Shown piece after piece: positions 1-8,195 of a DNA stretch of 64,000 bases (the first letter of the stretch is position 1; each line of letters opens with the position of its first letter). This stretch comes from a virus (taxonomy: Duplodnaviria; Heunggongvirae; Uroviricota; Caudoviricetes): the IMG/VR virus record IMGVR_UViG_3300021387_000529, positions 64,001 to 128,000 of that record, one strand, 5' to 3'. Below the pieces are notes generated by a model that worked only from the letters and a program-made list of their open reading frames with translations, was not told where the DNA came from and ran no database searches. The position numbers and the translations under genes are program-made.

Positions 1-180
1 CGCCCGGAAGAGTTCTCACATTCGCGTGGAACAAAACCAATCGAGCAGAAGCAGTTTGACGAAATACATGTTTTCCAGTATCTTGAGCTCGCTAAGAGAG
101 CTAAGAACAAGAAAGAGTTTGGTGAGATTATGAAAAATCTTACTGAGTCTCTTACAAAGCTCAATAAAAACTTGAAATAG
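1..180 (+). CDS. 3' end of a hypothetical protein (partial)
   Basis: Frame 1 is open from the window start to TAG at 178-180 (RPEEFSHSRG...LNKNLK*) and is followed by a terminator. Confidence 0.6.
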   Translation, partial: RPEEFSHSRGTKPIEQKQFDEIHVFQYLELAKRAKNKKEFGEIMKNLTESLTKLNKNLK

Positions 181-189
181 AAGTTTACG

Positions 190-220
190 AATGCCACTTT
201 TTCAAGTGGCATTTTTTTTT
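190..220 (+). terminator. Rho-independent terminator
   Basis: AATGCCACTT/AAGTGGCATT stem followed by a T-run. Confidence 0.8.
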
Positions 221-247
221 GAACTTCAGCAGCTTTTTTCATATATT
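219..247 (+). promoter_or_regulatory. Class I (sigma70-like, probably early) promoter TTGAAC-N17-TATATT
   Basis: One of 11 copies with identical spacing, followed by ATATACGTAAATC. Confidence 0.8.
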
Positions 248-281
248 ATATACGTAAATCACACTTAAAATAAGAGGTAAC

Positions 282-533
282 ATGATGACAAAATCAGTTG
301 CAAAATACACATATGAAGTTGCTAAAGACGGTTCAAGAGTTGATGCCTTGGAATTAAAAGGTTCAAAAGGCAAAGCAATGACTGTTTCTGAATTGCGTGA
401 CTTCTTGAACGAACTGGTTGAAGCTGGTTACGGAGACTATGATGTTGAAGCTGACACGCAGGATGGAGAATCATACTCAGTTCGAGATGAGGTTTTGGCT
501 TTTGGTGTATCAAAAACAGTAAGAATATTCTAA
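282..533 (+). CDS. hypothetical protein
   Basis: ORF with GAGGT SD directly after a class I promoter. Confidence 0.7.
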   Translation: MMTKSVAKYTYEVAKDGSRVDALELKGSKGKAMTVSELRDFLNELVEAGYGDYDVEADTQDGESYSVRDEVLAFGVSKTVRIF

Positions 534-541
534 GTGAAAGT

Positions 542-570
542 TTGAACTTCCTGTAAAATTTTCATATATT
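542..570 (+). promoter_or_regulatory. Class I promoter TTGAAC-N17-TATATT
   Basis: Exact motif and spacing. Confidence 0.8.
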
Positions 571-640
571 ATATACGTAAATCAAACTTATGAAAAACTA
601 TTTTGGAGAAGCATAAATAAAATAAAAAGGGGGCCCGATT

Positions 641-1063
641 ATGGGAATGACACATGTTTATGGAGTTGAGGGACTTGATGACCTTCTCGAAACAATCTTT
701 GGAGCAAAAGAGAAAATTGCTCATGAAAATCTTGACATTGATGCTGAGAAAATCAGAAGTCATGTTCGTAAACAGCAGCCTGAGAGAGAATATGCTGACT
801 CAGATGAGCAGCTTCTCGAAACAGCAGCTAAGTATGAGGAACTCGCAAAAGGACTTCGCCAGAAAGTTGAAGACAGACGTAAAAAGCCGCTGAAAGCTCA
901 GTTTGATGCGGATCCTGTAAAAATCTACAAGATGGGTGAAACTTTCCTTGTTGTTCCGAGACAGTATGTTGCTGATTATGACCGCTTCCTCACAGAGAAC
1001 GGCATCACACCAATTGTTTATTCAGGAAGTCTTTTGACAGACCTTACACTTACAAGGGAGTAA
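641..1063 (+). CDS. hypothetical protein
   Basis: 140 aa ORF in a co-directional run. Confidence 0.7.
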   Translation: MGMTHVYGVEGLDDLLETIFGAKEKIAHENLDIDAEKIRSHVRKQQPEREYADSDEQLLETAAKYEELAKGLRQKVEDRRKKPLKAQFDADPVKIYKMGETFLVVPRQYVADYDRFLTENGITPIVYSGSLLTDLTLTRE

Positions 1064-1070
1064 AACCAGT

Positions 1071-1328
1071 ATGGAAGCTTGGGTAGTTGAGTTCACAGGC
1101 CGTGATAAAGGCGGCTATGCTTATGAAACAGAAAATTTCAGTTTGGTTTTTGCAAATGAAAAAGAAGCTGACCAATTTTTCGAAGACCTTCCAAAATGGT
1201 TTGAAAAGAATTGGGGCTCATTCTACGAACTTGAGAACCGCTACCCAGCTAAGAAACTTGGTTCAGCAATTTACCGTTACAATCGTGAAACAATGAAAGT
1301 TGAGCCAATTGAAGGAGACATAAAATGA
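1071..1328 (+). CDS. hypothetical protein
   Basis: ORF with GGAG SD; stop abuts the next start. Confidence 0.65.
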   Translation: MEAWVVEFTGRDKGGYAYETENFSLVFANEKEADQFFEDLPKWFEKNWGSFYELENRYPAKKLGSAIYRYNRETMKVEPIEGDIK

Positions 1329-1876
1329 AAATTGGAATTTTCGGTGGTACTTTTGACCCTTGGCATCTCGGACATTCTGCAATCGTGAAGAAAGCTCTTG
1401 AAAAAGTTGATAAGGTTATCATCGTTCCAACAACTGTCAACTATTACCGTGAAGACAAACGCTACCTTTTCACATTTGACGAGAAATGTGAAATCATTGA
1501 AGAGTTCCTCACAGGAATAGATGGTGCTGTTGAGATTGACACTATTGAAAAAAACAAAGATGCATCTTGGCGCACTGTTCATCTTTTGGAATATTTCAAA
1601 GAAAAATTTCCAAATGACGAATTGTATTACATCATTGGCGAAGACTCTTACAAGAACTTCAAAACCTGGTTCAGATATGAAGATATTCTTCGCTTAGCAA
1701 AATTGCTTGTTGCAAACCGCGGTTATGATGTCGTTGACCCAGAAATTCCATTTGAGCCTTTGATGCTTGGTTCAGAATTTGTTGAAAGCTCAGCTTCAAA
1801 AGTCAGACAAATGTTGATGGAAGAGCTTCGTGATATGTACATGTCTGATAAGGAATGGTATAACAGGTTAATATAA
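1325..1876 (+). CDS. nadD: nicotinate/nicotinamide-nucleotide adenylyltransferase (NadD-like)
   Basis: IGIFGGTFDPWHLGH (HxGH), YIIGEDS, W..Y and SAS motifs. Confidence 0.85.
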   Translation: MKIGIFGGTFDPWHLGHSAIVKKALEKVDKVIIVPTTVNYYREDKRYLFTFDEKCEIIEEFLTGIDGAVEIDTIEKNKDASWRTVHLLEYFKEKFPNDELYYIIGEDSYKNFKTWFRYEDILRLAKLLVANRGYDVVDPEIPFEPLMLGSEFVESSASKVRQMLMEELRDMYMSDKEWYNRLI

Positions 1877-1892
1877 TAAGCAGGAGATTAGA

Positions 1893-2153
1893 ATGGAAGC
1901 ATTTTATATAGATGGTTGGGCTATTCAAAATGGCGTTAATGGCGACACAAACGGAAGACGTACACTTGCTTCTAAAACCTTTGGAAAAAGCACTGCTGTT
2001 ATCGTTGAAGAAGGCAAAGATAACTATGCAGCTATAAAAGCATCAACTGACTTCAATGGAAAAGTTGATGAATACACAGTGCACTTTACACATTTTGCTG
2101 AAGCTCTGCACAGTTGTGATGAATGGCTCTACAGAAAACATAATTTGGGATAA
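1893..2153 (+). CDS. hypothetical protein
   Basis: ORF with AGGAG SD. Confidence 0.65.
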   Translation: MEAFYIDGWAIQNGVNGDTNGRRTLASKTFGKSTAVIVEEGKDNYAAIKASTDFNGKVDEYTVHFTHFAEALHSCDEWLYRKHNLG

Positions 2154-2158
2154 CTAAC

Positions 2159-2434
2159 ATGGCAAATTATTTTATTTTATATCAGTACAGATATACTGAA
2201 GTTTGTCCAAAAAGAGAACGCTTTGCCCATGATGAGCATGGCATTAGTCAATTTACGCGTACATTTGAAGGTTTTGCCAAAAAGGTTGTGTATTTCGGCG
2301 AAGATAGAAGCGCAACTGAATGGGAAGAACTTCTTGAGCGTCTTGAAGATGACATTGCAAAGTCTATTCTTGAAAAAGATATAGAACACCGCGACAATGT
2401 AGATGTCCAAATTATCGGAGTGTCAAAACTATAG
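2159..2434 (+). CDS. hypothetical protein
   Basis: ORF in a tight co-directional run. Confidence 0.6.
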   Translation: MANYFILYQYRYTEVCPKRERFAHDEHGISQFTRTFEGFAKKVVYFGEDRSATEWEELLERLEDDIAKSILEKDIEHRDNVDVQIIGVSKL

Positions 2435-2446
2435 CAGGAGAATAAA

Positions 2447-2980
2447 ATGAAAAAACTTAAAGAAGAGCAGCTTTTGCATACACCTGTTTTTACAGTTGTT
2501 CGAAAAGAATTTGAAGGTGTAAACTTTTCGCCGGTTGGCCTAAACTGCAATGATTGGGTTATGGTGATTGTTGTTGATAAAAATTTCAGAACTTTGGTTG
2601 TAAGGCAGACACGTTGGGGCCTTGAAGACAAGACTATCGAGTTTCCTTGTGGAACTGTTGAAGCAAATGAGCCACCTGTAACTGCTGCTATTCGTGAGTT
2701 GATGGAAGAGACTGGAATTGAGAATGTTGACACATCTGCACTTCGTGAGATTGCATGTTTCAATCCTAACCCAGCATACTTCAACAACAAGATGCACATT
2801 TACCGCTATGACATTGATGAGATGCCTTTAAAGTTTGGCGAGCAGAAACTTGACGAACATGAAGATTGCGAGCCTTTTGTTGTAAAATTGGGTCCATCTT
2901 TGTATGAGCAGCTTTCAAAACATGCAATGGGACTTGCTGCTATTGGTGCAATCACAATGAGCGGTCTTGTTGAGGTTTGA
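2447..2980 (+). CDS. Nudix hydrolase (ADP-ribose pyrophosphatase-like)
   Basis: Nudix box GTVEANEPPVTAAIRELMEETG, preceded by VRQTR...IEFPCG; Q.LDE.E loop as in NudF-type enzymes. Confidence 0.85.
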   Translation: MKKLKEEQLLHTPVFTVVRKEFEGVNFSPVGLNCNDWVMVIVVDKNFRTLVVRQTRWGLEDKTIEFPCGTVEANEPPVTAAIRELMEETGIENVDTSALREIACFNPNPAYFNNKMHIYRYDIDEMPLKFGEQKLDEHEDCEPFVVKLGPSLYEQLSKHAMGLAAIGAITMSGLVEV

Positions 2981-3429
2981 TAACAATGTTTGTTCTATCT
3001 TCAATTGCATTTATTATCTTTGGTGTGATTTTCTTTTGTTATGGTCTGACTGGTCCAGTTTGCCAAATCCATGGAGATGAAGGACCTGTTTTTATGGCAG
3101 CCGGTGCTGTAAACATATTGTTTGGAACTATCATCGCTTTCATTGGTATTGCGTATTGCAATCATCGTGAGGAAAAAGAGACAAGCATAACCGAAGCATT
3201 TGAAGAAATTGGACAAGAAGACCCAGTTGAAGAGAAGGATGACGAATACTTCTATAACATGCTTATGGAAGATGATGAAGCTTACGAAAAATGTGTTAAA
3301 GGCTGGCAAAATCATGCTAAAACATATATACCAGTTGATGGAGAAACACTGCAAATTCCAGATGCTGTTATAGAAGATGTTATGTCTGAGCGTGAAATTG
3401 TATTTCCAAAACGAGTTGGTGAGTCTTAA
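2977..3429 (+). CDS. hypothetical membrane protein
   Basis: Two N-terminal hydrophobic segments and an acidic tail. Confidence 0.6.
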   Translation: MITMFVLSSIAFIIFGVIFFCYGLTGPVCQIHGDEGPVFMAAGAVNILFGTIIAFIGIAYCNHREEKETSITEAFEEIGQEDPVEEKDDEYFYNMLMEDDEAYEKCVKGWQNHAKTYIPVDGETLQIPDAVIEDVMSEREIVFPKRVGES

Positions 3430-3851
3430 CAACAAAGCGCTGCTTTTTTGAGAGGACAGAAACCTATAACAAGTTTTCCGTCTTCTTCAAATTGTACAGC
3501 ATATTCGCCATTCAACTGTCCATTATCAAGTGCTTCAAGAAGATAGTCAAATGCTTCTTGAGCATGCTCACCTTTCAAATAGAAAATATTGCTAATTCCA
3601 GTCCAGCGAAGTGGCTCATCATTCTTTCCCTTAAACCAACCACGTGGCTCACCGTCTTTTACATAAGGTGCTAACACATGACGCAATATTTTTACTTGGT
3701 GAAATTTGGCTTTGTCACCAATGTAAAGATACTCATGAAAGTCATCATTGATACGAACTGAAATCCAGCCATCAAAGTTTATTGTATAGCTTTTTGCAAC
3801 TTGTGTAATTTCGTCTCGTGTAAACTTGAGCCAATTATGCTTTCTTTCCAC
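3426..3851 (-). CDS. hypothetical protein
   Basis: ORF with a likely GTG start at 3851 after GGAG. Confidence 0.6.
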   Translation of the reverse strand: MERKHNWLKFTRDEITQVAKSYTINFDGWISVRINDDFHEYLYIGDKAKFHQVKILRHVLAPYVKDGEPRGWFKGKNDEPLRWTGISNIFYLKGEHAQEAFDYLLEALDNGQLNGEYAVQFEEDGKLVIGFCPLKKAALCC

Positions 3852-4665
3852 TGTGTAATCTCCCAAACCATGTTGTTATTTTTAGATAATTTTTCTTATA
3901 GTTATCGTAGTCAAACTTAGAAATCCAATTTTGTGCTTTCTCATACATGTCGCTTTCAAGCTCACAACCAATGAAATTGCGTTCAGCTAATTGTGAAGCT
4001 ATAGCACAACTTCCACTTCCAGCGAAACCATCAAAAACAGTGTCACCTTTCTGTGATGAATTCATGATGAGAGCATATAAAAGCAAAATTGATTTTTGGC
4101 AGCTGTGTATCTGCTTCTCAGTTTTTGACAGATAATATGGCATTTTGAAATTGTATATCGTATCACTAAACTTAAATGGTGGGCGCTCAACCTCACCAGA
4201 GTAATAGTTTAAGATGTTTGTGATGTTTTCTTTGTAGTTGAATAAATCATCTATATTGTTCAACACGAAGTTGGTTGGATGTTTGGTTACCAAGATGAAG
4301 TCTTCTCTTTGGCTCTTAAACTTATTCTGTGCTCCCCTTCCTTTTTGACGACATATCGATTTCCATTGGTCAAAATGAATGTACATACCAGAGTTTTTTA
4401 CAGCTTCGATTAATTCTAATAACATAGACGGGCCAAAGAAAATCCAAGCGCTTCCATTTGATGTGAGAACACGTTTGCATTCAGTAAGATAATTTGTTAT
4501 GAGTTCAATATATTCTTTTTTAGACATTTTGTCCCAATCTGAATTTTTCATATGTGGTGAAGCATCAAAAGAAATCGCGTATGGAGGGTCTGAAACGACA
4601 AGGTTTATGCTGTTATTTGGAAGCTTTTTGAGCCTATCGAAACAGTTTTCATTATAAAATTCCAT
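3835..4665 (-). CDS. DNA methyltransferase, N4-C/N6-A beta class
   Basis: SDPPY (motif IV) precedes H..QK and VFDGFAGSGS (motif I), then GCELE. Confidence 0.9.
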   Translation of the reverse strand: MEFYNENCFDRLKKLPNNSINLVVSDPPYAISFDASPHMKNSDWDKMSKKEYIELITNYLTECKRVLTSNGSAWIFFGPSMLLELIEAVKNSGMYIHFDQWKSICRQKGRGAQNKFKSQREDFILVTKHPTNFVLNNIDDLFNYKENITNILNYYSGEVERPPFKFSDTIYNFKMPYYLSKTEKQIHSCQKSILLLYALIMNSSQKGDTVFDGFAGSGSCAIASQLAERNFIGCELESDMYEKAQNWISKFDYDNYKKNYLKITTWFGRLHSGKKA

Positions 4666-4683
4666 AGTAATTTAGTTTAAAGT

Positions 4684-4712
4684 TTGAACTTTCACTGTAT
4701 TTTTCATATATT
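4684..4712 (+). promoter_or_regulatory. Class I promoter
   Basis: TTGAAC-N17-TATATT. Confidence 0.8.
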
Positions 4713-4735
4713 ATACATGTAAAGAGGAAAATAAA

Positions 4736-4981
4736 ATGGCAAAACCAATCACTGATGAAGAAAGAATAATCATCAAAAATTATATTGTCGACTATTCAAA
4801 AGCTTGTCCTGAAGATGACTTCAGCATCAAGCAGTTTCCAAACTTCGGTGAGCTCGATTGGTATGTTAAAAGATTTCCAGAGCTCATGGACCGCTGTATG
4901 GAAGGAGATGACGAAGTCGATAAAGTCATCGTTGAAGAAATTCAGAAATTTTTGGACGCGAGAAAAAATGGCGATATTTAA
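4736..4981 (+). CDS. hypothetical protein
   Basis: ORF with GAGG SD after a promoter. Confidence 0.65.
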   Translation: MAKPITDEERIIIKNYIVDYSKACPEDDFSIKQFPNFGELDWYVKRFPELMDRCMEGDDEVDKVIVEEIQKFLDARKNGDI

Positions 4982-5168
4982 CCCACCTTACTGGTACAAC
5001 CTTTCTTGTGAGAAATGTAAACATTATGTGCCGCCTAAAATTGATGAAAACCTCAATGTTGTTCAAGGTTTTTGTAAACGTAAGTATGATGAAAAATGTC
5101 CTACTGTAGTTTACAGACTGCATAAAGTTGAAAATGATGAACTTCAAAGCTTGGGAATAAAGATATGA
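4968..5168 (+). CDS. small Cys-rich hypothetical protein
   Basis: ATG at 4968 overlaps the previous gene; CxxC...C...C. Confidence 0.5.
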   Translation: MAIFNPPYWYNLSCEKCKHYVPPKIDENLNVVQGFCKRKYDEKCPTVVYRLHKVENDELQSLGIKI

Positions 5169-5298
5169 AAGAATGGACATCAGTTATAAATGAAGAAAAT
5201 CTTAAAAATCCTAAATGGAACATTTATTTATATTCATTTTCTGATAGCAATGGCAACGGTTTGAGAAGGAGAAGTCATTCATTAATCTATTAAAGAAC

Positions 5299-6114
5299 AT
5301 GAAATTTGACCATATTATAATGAACCCACCTTATTCTGGTTCATTGCATCTTAAAATCCTCAGAGAAGCTATAAAACATAGTGATGATATAGTGAATTTG
5401 AGCCCAGTGGAATGGATGCTTCGTCCATTTTCTAAGAAAACATGGACTTCGCTCTTTAATAACTATTCTGTGGATATTGGCGCGCATTTGAGCACTTTGA
5501 GTATTATAACTAAAGATGACGCTGCCAAAGCATTTGATATTGGTATTGAAAGTGATCTTGGAATATATTATCTTACTAAAGAAGGCGGTTTTGACTATGC
5601 GAACTATTATAAAGAGTTTTCTAAAGAAGAACTCAAGAATATAGACCGTTTTGGAAATGGCGACAACTTAGCAGCTCATATTGTGAAATATGATGGAACA
5701 CAGAAACATTTTGTTCCACTAAGGAAAGACGCCATTATGGAAAGATGGTGGAAATATCAGCTCATAAATTATTTGGATATTATTGAGAACGGTAAAGTTT
5801 ATTCAGGCGACTATGTTGGAAAGACTATTATTGAAGCTCGTGAAGCAAATCCCCATGAAAATGGCCGCAACAATGATAGAGATACATTTGGTATTGCGTT
5901 TAATTCATTAGAAGAAGCTATAAACTTTAGAAATTGTGTGAAGTCACGGCCATATATTTGGATAATTTCATTATTTAAGAAGAGCAAACGTTTTCCAATG
6001 GAAAGGCTGCCATATTTAGGCGACTACACCCATCCATGGACAAATGACATGCTATACAAATATTTTGGCCTGACTGATGACGAAGTGAAGACTATTGAGA
6101 ATGAGGTAGAATAA
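5299..6114 (+). CDS. N6-adenine methyltransferase, C-terminal half (catalytic NPPY plus putative target-recognition region)
   Basis: Starts MKFDHIIMNPPY; contains no SAM-binding motif I. Confidence 0.75.
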   Translation: MKFDHIIMNPPYSGSLHLKILREAIKHSDDIVNLSPVEWMLRPFSKKTWTSLFNNYSVDIGAHLSTLSIITKDDAAKAFDIGIESDLGIYYLTKEGGFDYANYYKEFSKEELKNIDRFGNGDNLAAHIVKYDGTQKHFVPLRKDAIMERWWKYQLINYLDIIENGKVYSGDYVGKTIIEAREANPHENGRNNDRDTFGIAFNSLEEAINFRNCVKSRPYIWIISLFKKSKRFPMERLPYLGDYTHPWTNDMLYKYFGLTDDEVKTIENEVE

Positions 6115-6115
6115 A

Positions 6116-6295
6116 ATGACAGTGAATGAAAAACCAAGACATAATGCTAAAGTGCGAATCCAATATATTGATAAAGGAAGAACATTTGAAGCAATAGGAT
6201 ATTACATGTTTTGTGGCGCAGACTATGGATTTGTTGCTGCAGGATTTTATATTCCAGATGAACAAATTACAAATTGGGAATATGTTACTATTTAA
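6116..6295 (+). CDS. hypothetical protein (59 aa, not in the ORF track)
   Basis: MTVNEKPRHN...WEYVTI*; GAGG SD; fills the gap between genes. Confidence 0.5.
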   Translation: MTVNEKPRHNAKVRIQYIDKGRTFEAIGYYMFCGADYGFVAAGFYIPDEQITNWEYVTI

Positions 6296-6310
6296 ATGGA
6301 GGAAAAAGAA

Positions 6311-6577
6311 ATGAAAAATCACATTACGATTGAAGACATTAACGCAAAAATTGTTGACAAGAAATTCACAGTTCTTGAAGATGGCCGCACAACTATCTGC
6401 AACCTCTATCTTCAGAATGGCTTTACTGTTCGTGGTGAGAGCGCATGTGTTGCCATTGAAAACTACAACAAAGAGATTGGAGAAAAGATTGCATATGAAA
6501 ATGCAGTTGACAAAGTTTGGGAATTGGAAGGCTATCTCTTAGCTGAAGACAGGTATCGCGAGAAAGTTAATGTATAA
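6311..6577 (+). CDS. N4 gp49/Sf6 gp66 family protein (possible Acb4-type nucleotide sponge)
   Basis: TTIC.L.LQNGFTVRGESACV..ENYN.EIG.KIA..NA..KVWELEGYLL signature; GGAGG SD. Confidence 0.8.
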   Translation: MKNHITIEDINAKIVDKKFTVLEDGRTTICNLYLQNGFTVRGESACVAIENYNKEIGEKIAYENAVDKVWELEGYLLAEDRYREKVNV

Positions 6578-6582
6578 TATGT

Positions 6583-6714
6583 ATGACAATTGAAGAAGAA
6601 TACAATTCCTTTGTTGAAGAGCAGTATGCTGGAAAGTCTTTAGAAGAGCGCCAAAAATTAGGGCAGTTTTATACTCTTATTTTTAATAACTTACTAATTT
6701 TATATGAATTATAG
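6583..6714 (+). pseudogene. Truncated 5' remnant of the methyltransferase N-terminal half, interrupted by the HNH insertion
   Basis: MTIEEEYNSFVEEQYAGKSLEERQKLGQFYT matches the start of 7326-7796 (EYENWKKEQYADKTIKERQDLGAYFT); similarity stops at 6675. Confidence 0.8.
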
Positions 6715-7342
6715 AAAACTTTATTTAAGAATTATTAAAAATGCAAAGTATGAAGAGTCCTTAAACAAAAGGAACAGAAAAAACGGAATTTATTATGAGT
6801 CACATCATATATTGCCAAAGTCTATGTTTCCACTTTGGAAACATAGAAATAGTAATATTGTCTTACTTACTGCACGAGAGCATTTCTTTTGTCATCAGCT
6901 TCTTGTAAAAATTTATGACAACAAAGAAATGAATAATGCTTTATGGTTTATGACAATTTCAAAAAATAAACGTTTAGTTATTTCTTCAAAGGAATACGAA
7001 AAGATTAGAAAGAGCGTATGTTTAAGAGGAAAAAATAATGGATTTTTTGGAAAACACCATACTGAAGAAACATTAAGAAAAAATGCAGAATGGCATCATT
7101 TACATCCAAACTCAAAAGACACTATGGATAAAATCCATAAGAAAAATATTGGCAAGCATAGAACACTTGAACAACGAGAAAGACAGTCTAAAGCTGCCTT
7201 AAAAAGAGATAATACTAAAAATAATGAAAGAATTAAAAAAGTTAAGTTTCTTTATGAAAAATATAAAAATACTGGAGGCAAGCTCGTATGGAACGAGTTC
7301 CAAAAACATTATAAGGAGTTTGAGAATGGTACTTTCAGATGA
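6704..7342 (+). mobile_element. Free-standing MobE-like HNH homing endonuclease with NUMOD3-type repeats
   Basis: MNYRK.Y..II, YESHHILPKS, N.VLLTAREHFFCHQLL.KIY; N.FFGKHHTEET and GKHRTLEQR. Confidence 0.88.
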
Positions 7343-7796
7343 AATGAAAAATGAGCTTAGAGACGAATATGAGAATTGGAAAAAAGAACAATACGCCGAT
7401 AAAACTATAAAAGAAAGACAAGATTTAGGTGCTTATTTCACACCACCTGAATTGACATTGAAGATGCTCGAAAAGCTTGATATAAAAAAGAATGATACTC
7501 TTTTGGACCCATGCCTTGGAGCTGGTGGGCTTTTAGCTGCTGCTATCATCATGAAAAAAGTGAAGCCTGAAAACTGCTATGGAATTGAATTGGATGCTGA
7601 TATTTTGAAGATTGCACAAAAACGTCTTTCAAAATTAGGCGTGCCTTTAGCAAACTTACATCATGGAAACGCTCTAAATTCACAATGTTATGAGTTCAAA
7701 GATGGTTATAAATATGATGCAGAAAATGACACGGTTACAACTATGCAGTTTTCTAAAAGTTGTTCTAGATTTGGACAATTACGAGCAAGAGGTTAA
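7326..7796 (+). CDS. N6-adenine methyltransferase, N-terminal (SAM-binding) half
   Basis: GAYFTP (motif X), LLDPCLGAGG (I), YGIELD (II), GNAL (III); no NPPY; AAGGAG SD before ATG 7326. Confidence 0.8.
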   Translation: MVLSDEMKNELRDEYENWKKEQYADKTIKERQDLGAYFTPPELTLKMLEKLDIKKNDTLLDPCLGAGGLLAAAIIMKKVKPENCYGIELDADILKIAQKRLSKLGVPLANLHHGNALNSQCYEFKDGYKYDAENDTVTTMQFSKSCSRFGQLRARG

Positions 7797-7805
7797 TATA
7801 AAAAT

Positions 7806-8180
7806 ATGGGCTTGAAAATTACAAAAAATAAAAATCGTTCAGATTGGCTTCTTGTTGACGCCGACTTCCGTTCACTCCAAATGTGTCTCGCAATGGCAGA
7901 CTGCGGTCTTAATGATAAAGGAATAGACCAGGTCTGCTATGACATTTATGGTCCTGGGGGCAGCAATGACGCTCACAGTGTTACTGGTTTTAATACATTT
8001 ATCTCTCCAATTCATGGTAAAATCATTGAGATTGAAGACTTAGAGACTGGTAAGAAAACAGTTTTCGGACACAAACAGAAGATTGCAATTGAAAGAAAAG
8101 ACTTCACAGGAAAATACAACAAGATTGAAATTCTTGGTGAAGAATTCCGAGAAGATGACAAGTTTGTATCATATGTTTAA
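7806..8180 (+). CDS. polA: Family A DNA polymerase fragment carrying motif A
   Basis: WLLVDADFRSLQMCLA aligns with IVSADYSQIELRIMA; DAHSVTG..TF matches D.H..TA..F. Confidence 0.75.
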   Translation: MGLKITKNKNRSDWLLVDADFRSLQMCLAMADCGLNDKGIDQVCYDIYGPGGSNDAHSVTGFNTFISPIHGKIIEIEDLETGKKTVFGHKQKIAIERKDFTGKYNKIEILGEEFREDDKFVSYV

Positions 8181-8195
8181 CACTAATTAAACATC

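Noticed and set aside
4968-5000. NPPY in MAIFNPPYW as another methyltransferase piece
   Set aside because: The rest of the 66 aa ORF is a Cys-rich peptide with no methyltransferase features; probably coincidence.
6676-7442. Group I intron in the methyltransferase
   Set aside because: There is no room for a ribozyme core: the HNH ORF starts 29 nt after the break, and a complete second N-terminus with its own SD follows.
8000-8180. Canonical trans-splicing split intein in polA
   Set aside because: No Cys-led block A was recognised, and there is no His-Asn/Cys-Ser-Thr junction near the start of the B/C fragment. Kept only as a degenerate docking hypothesis.
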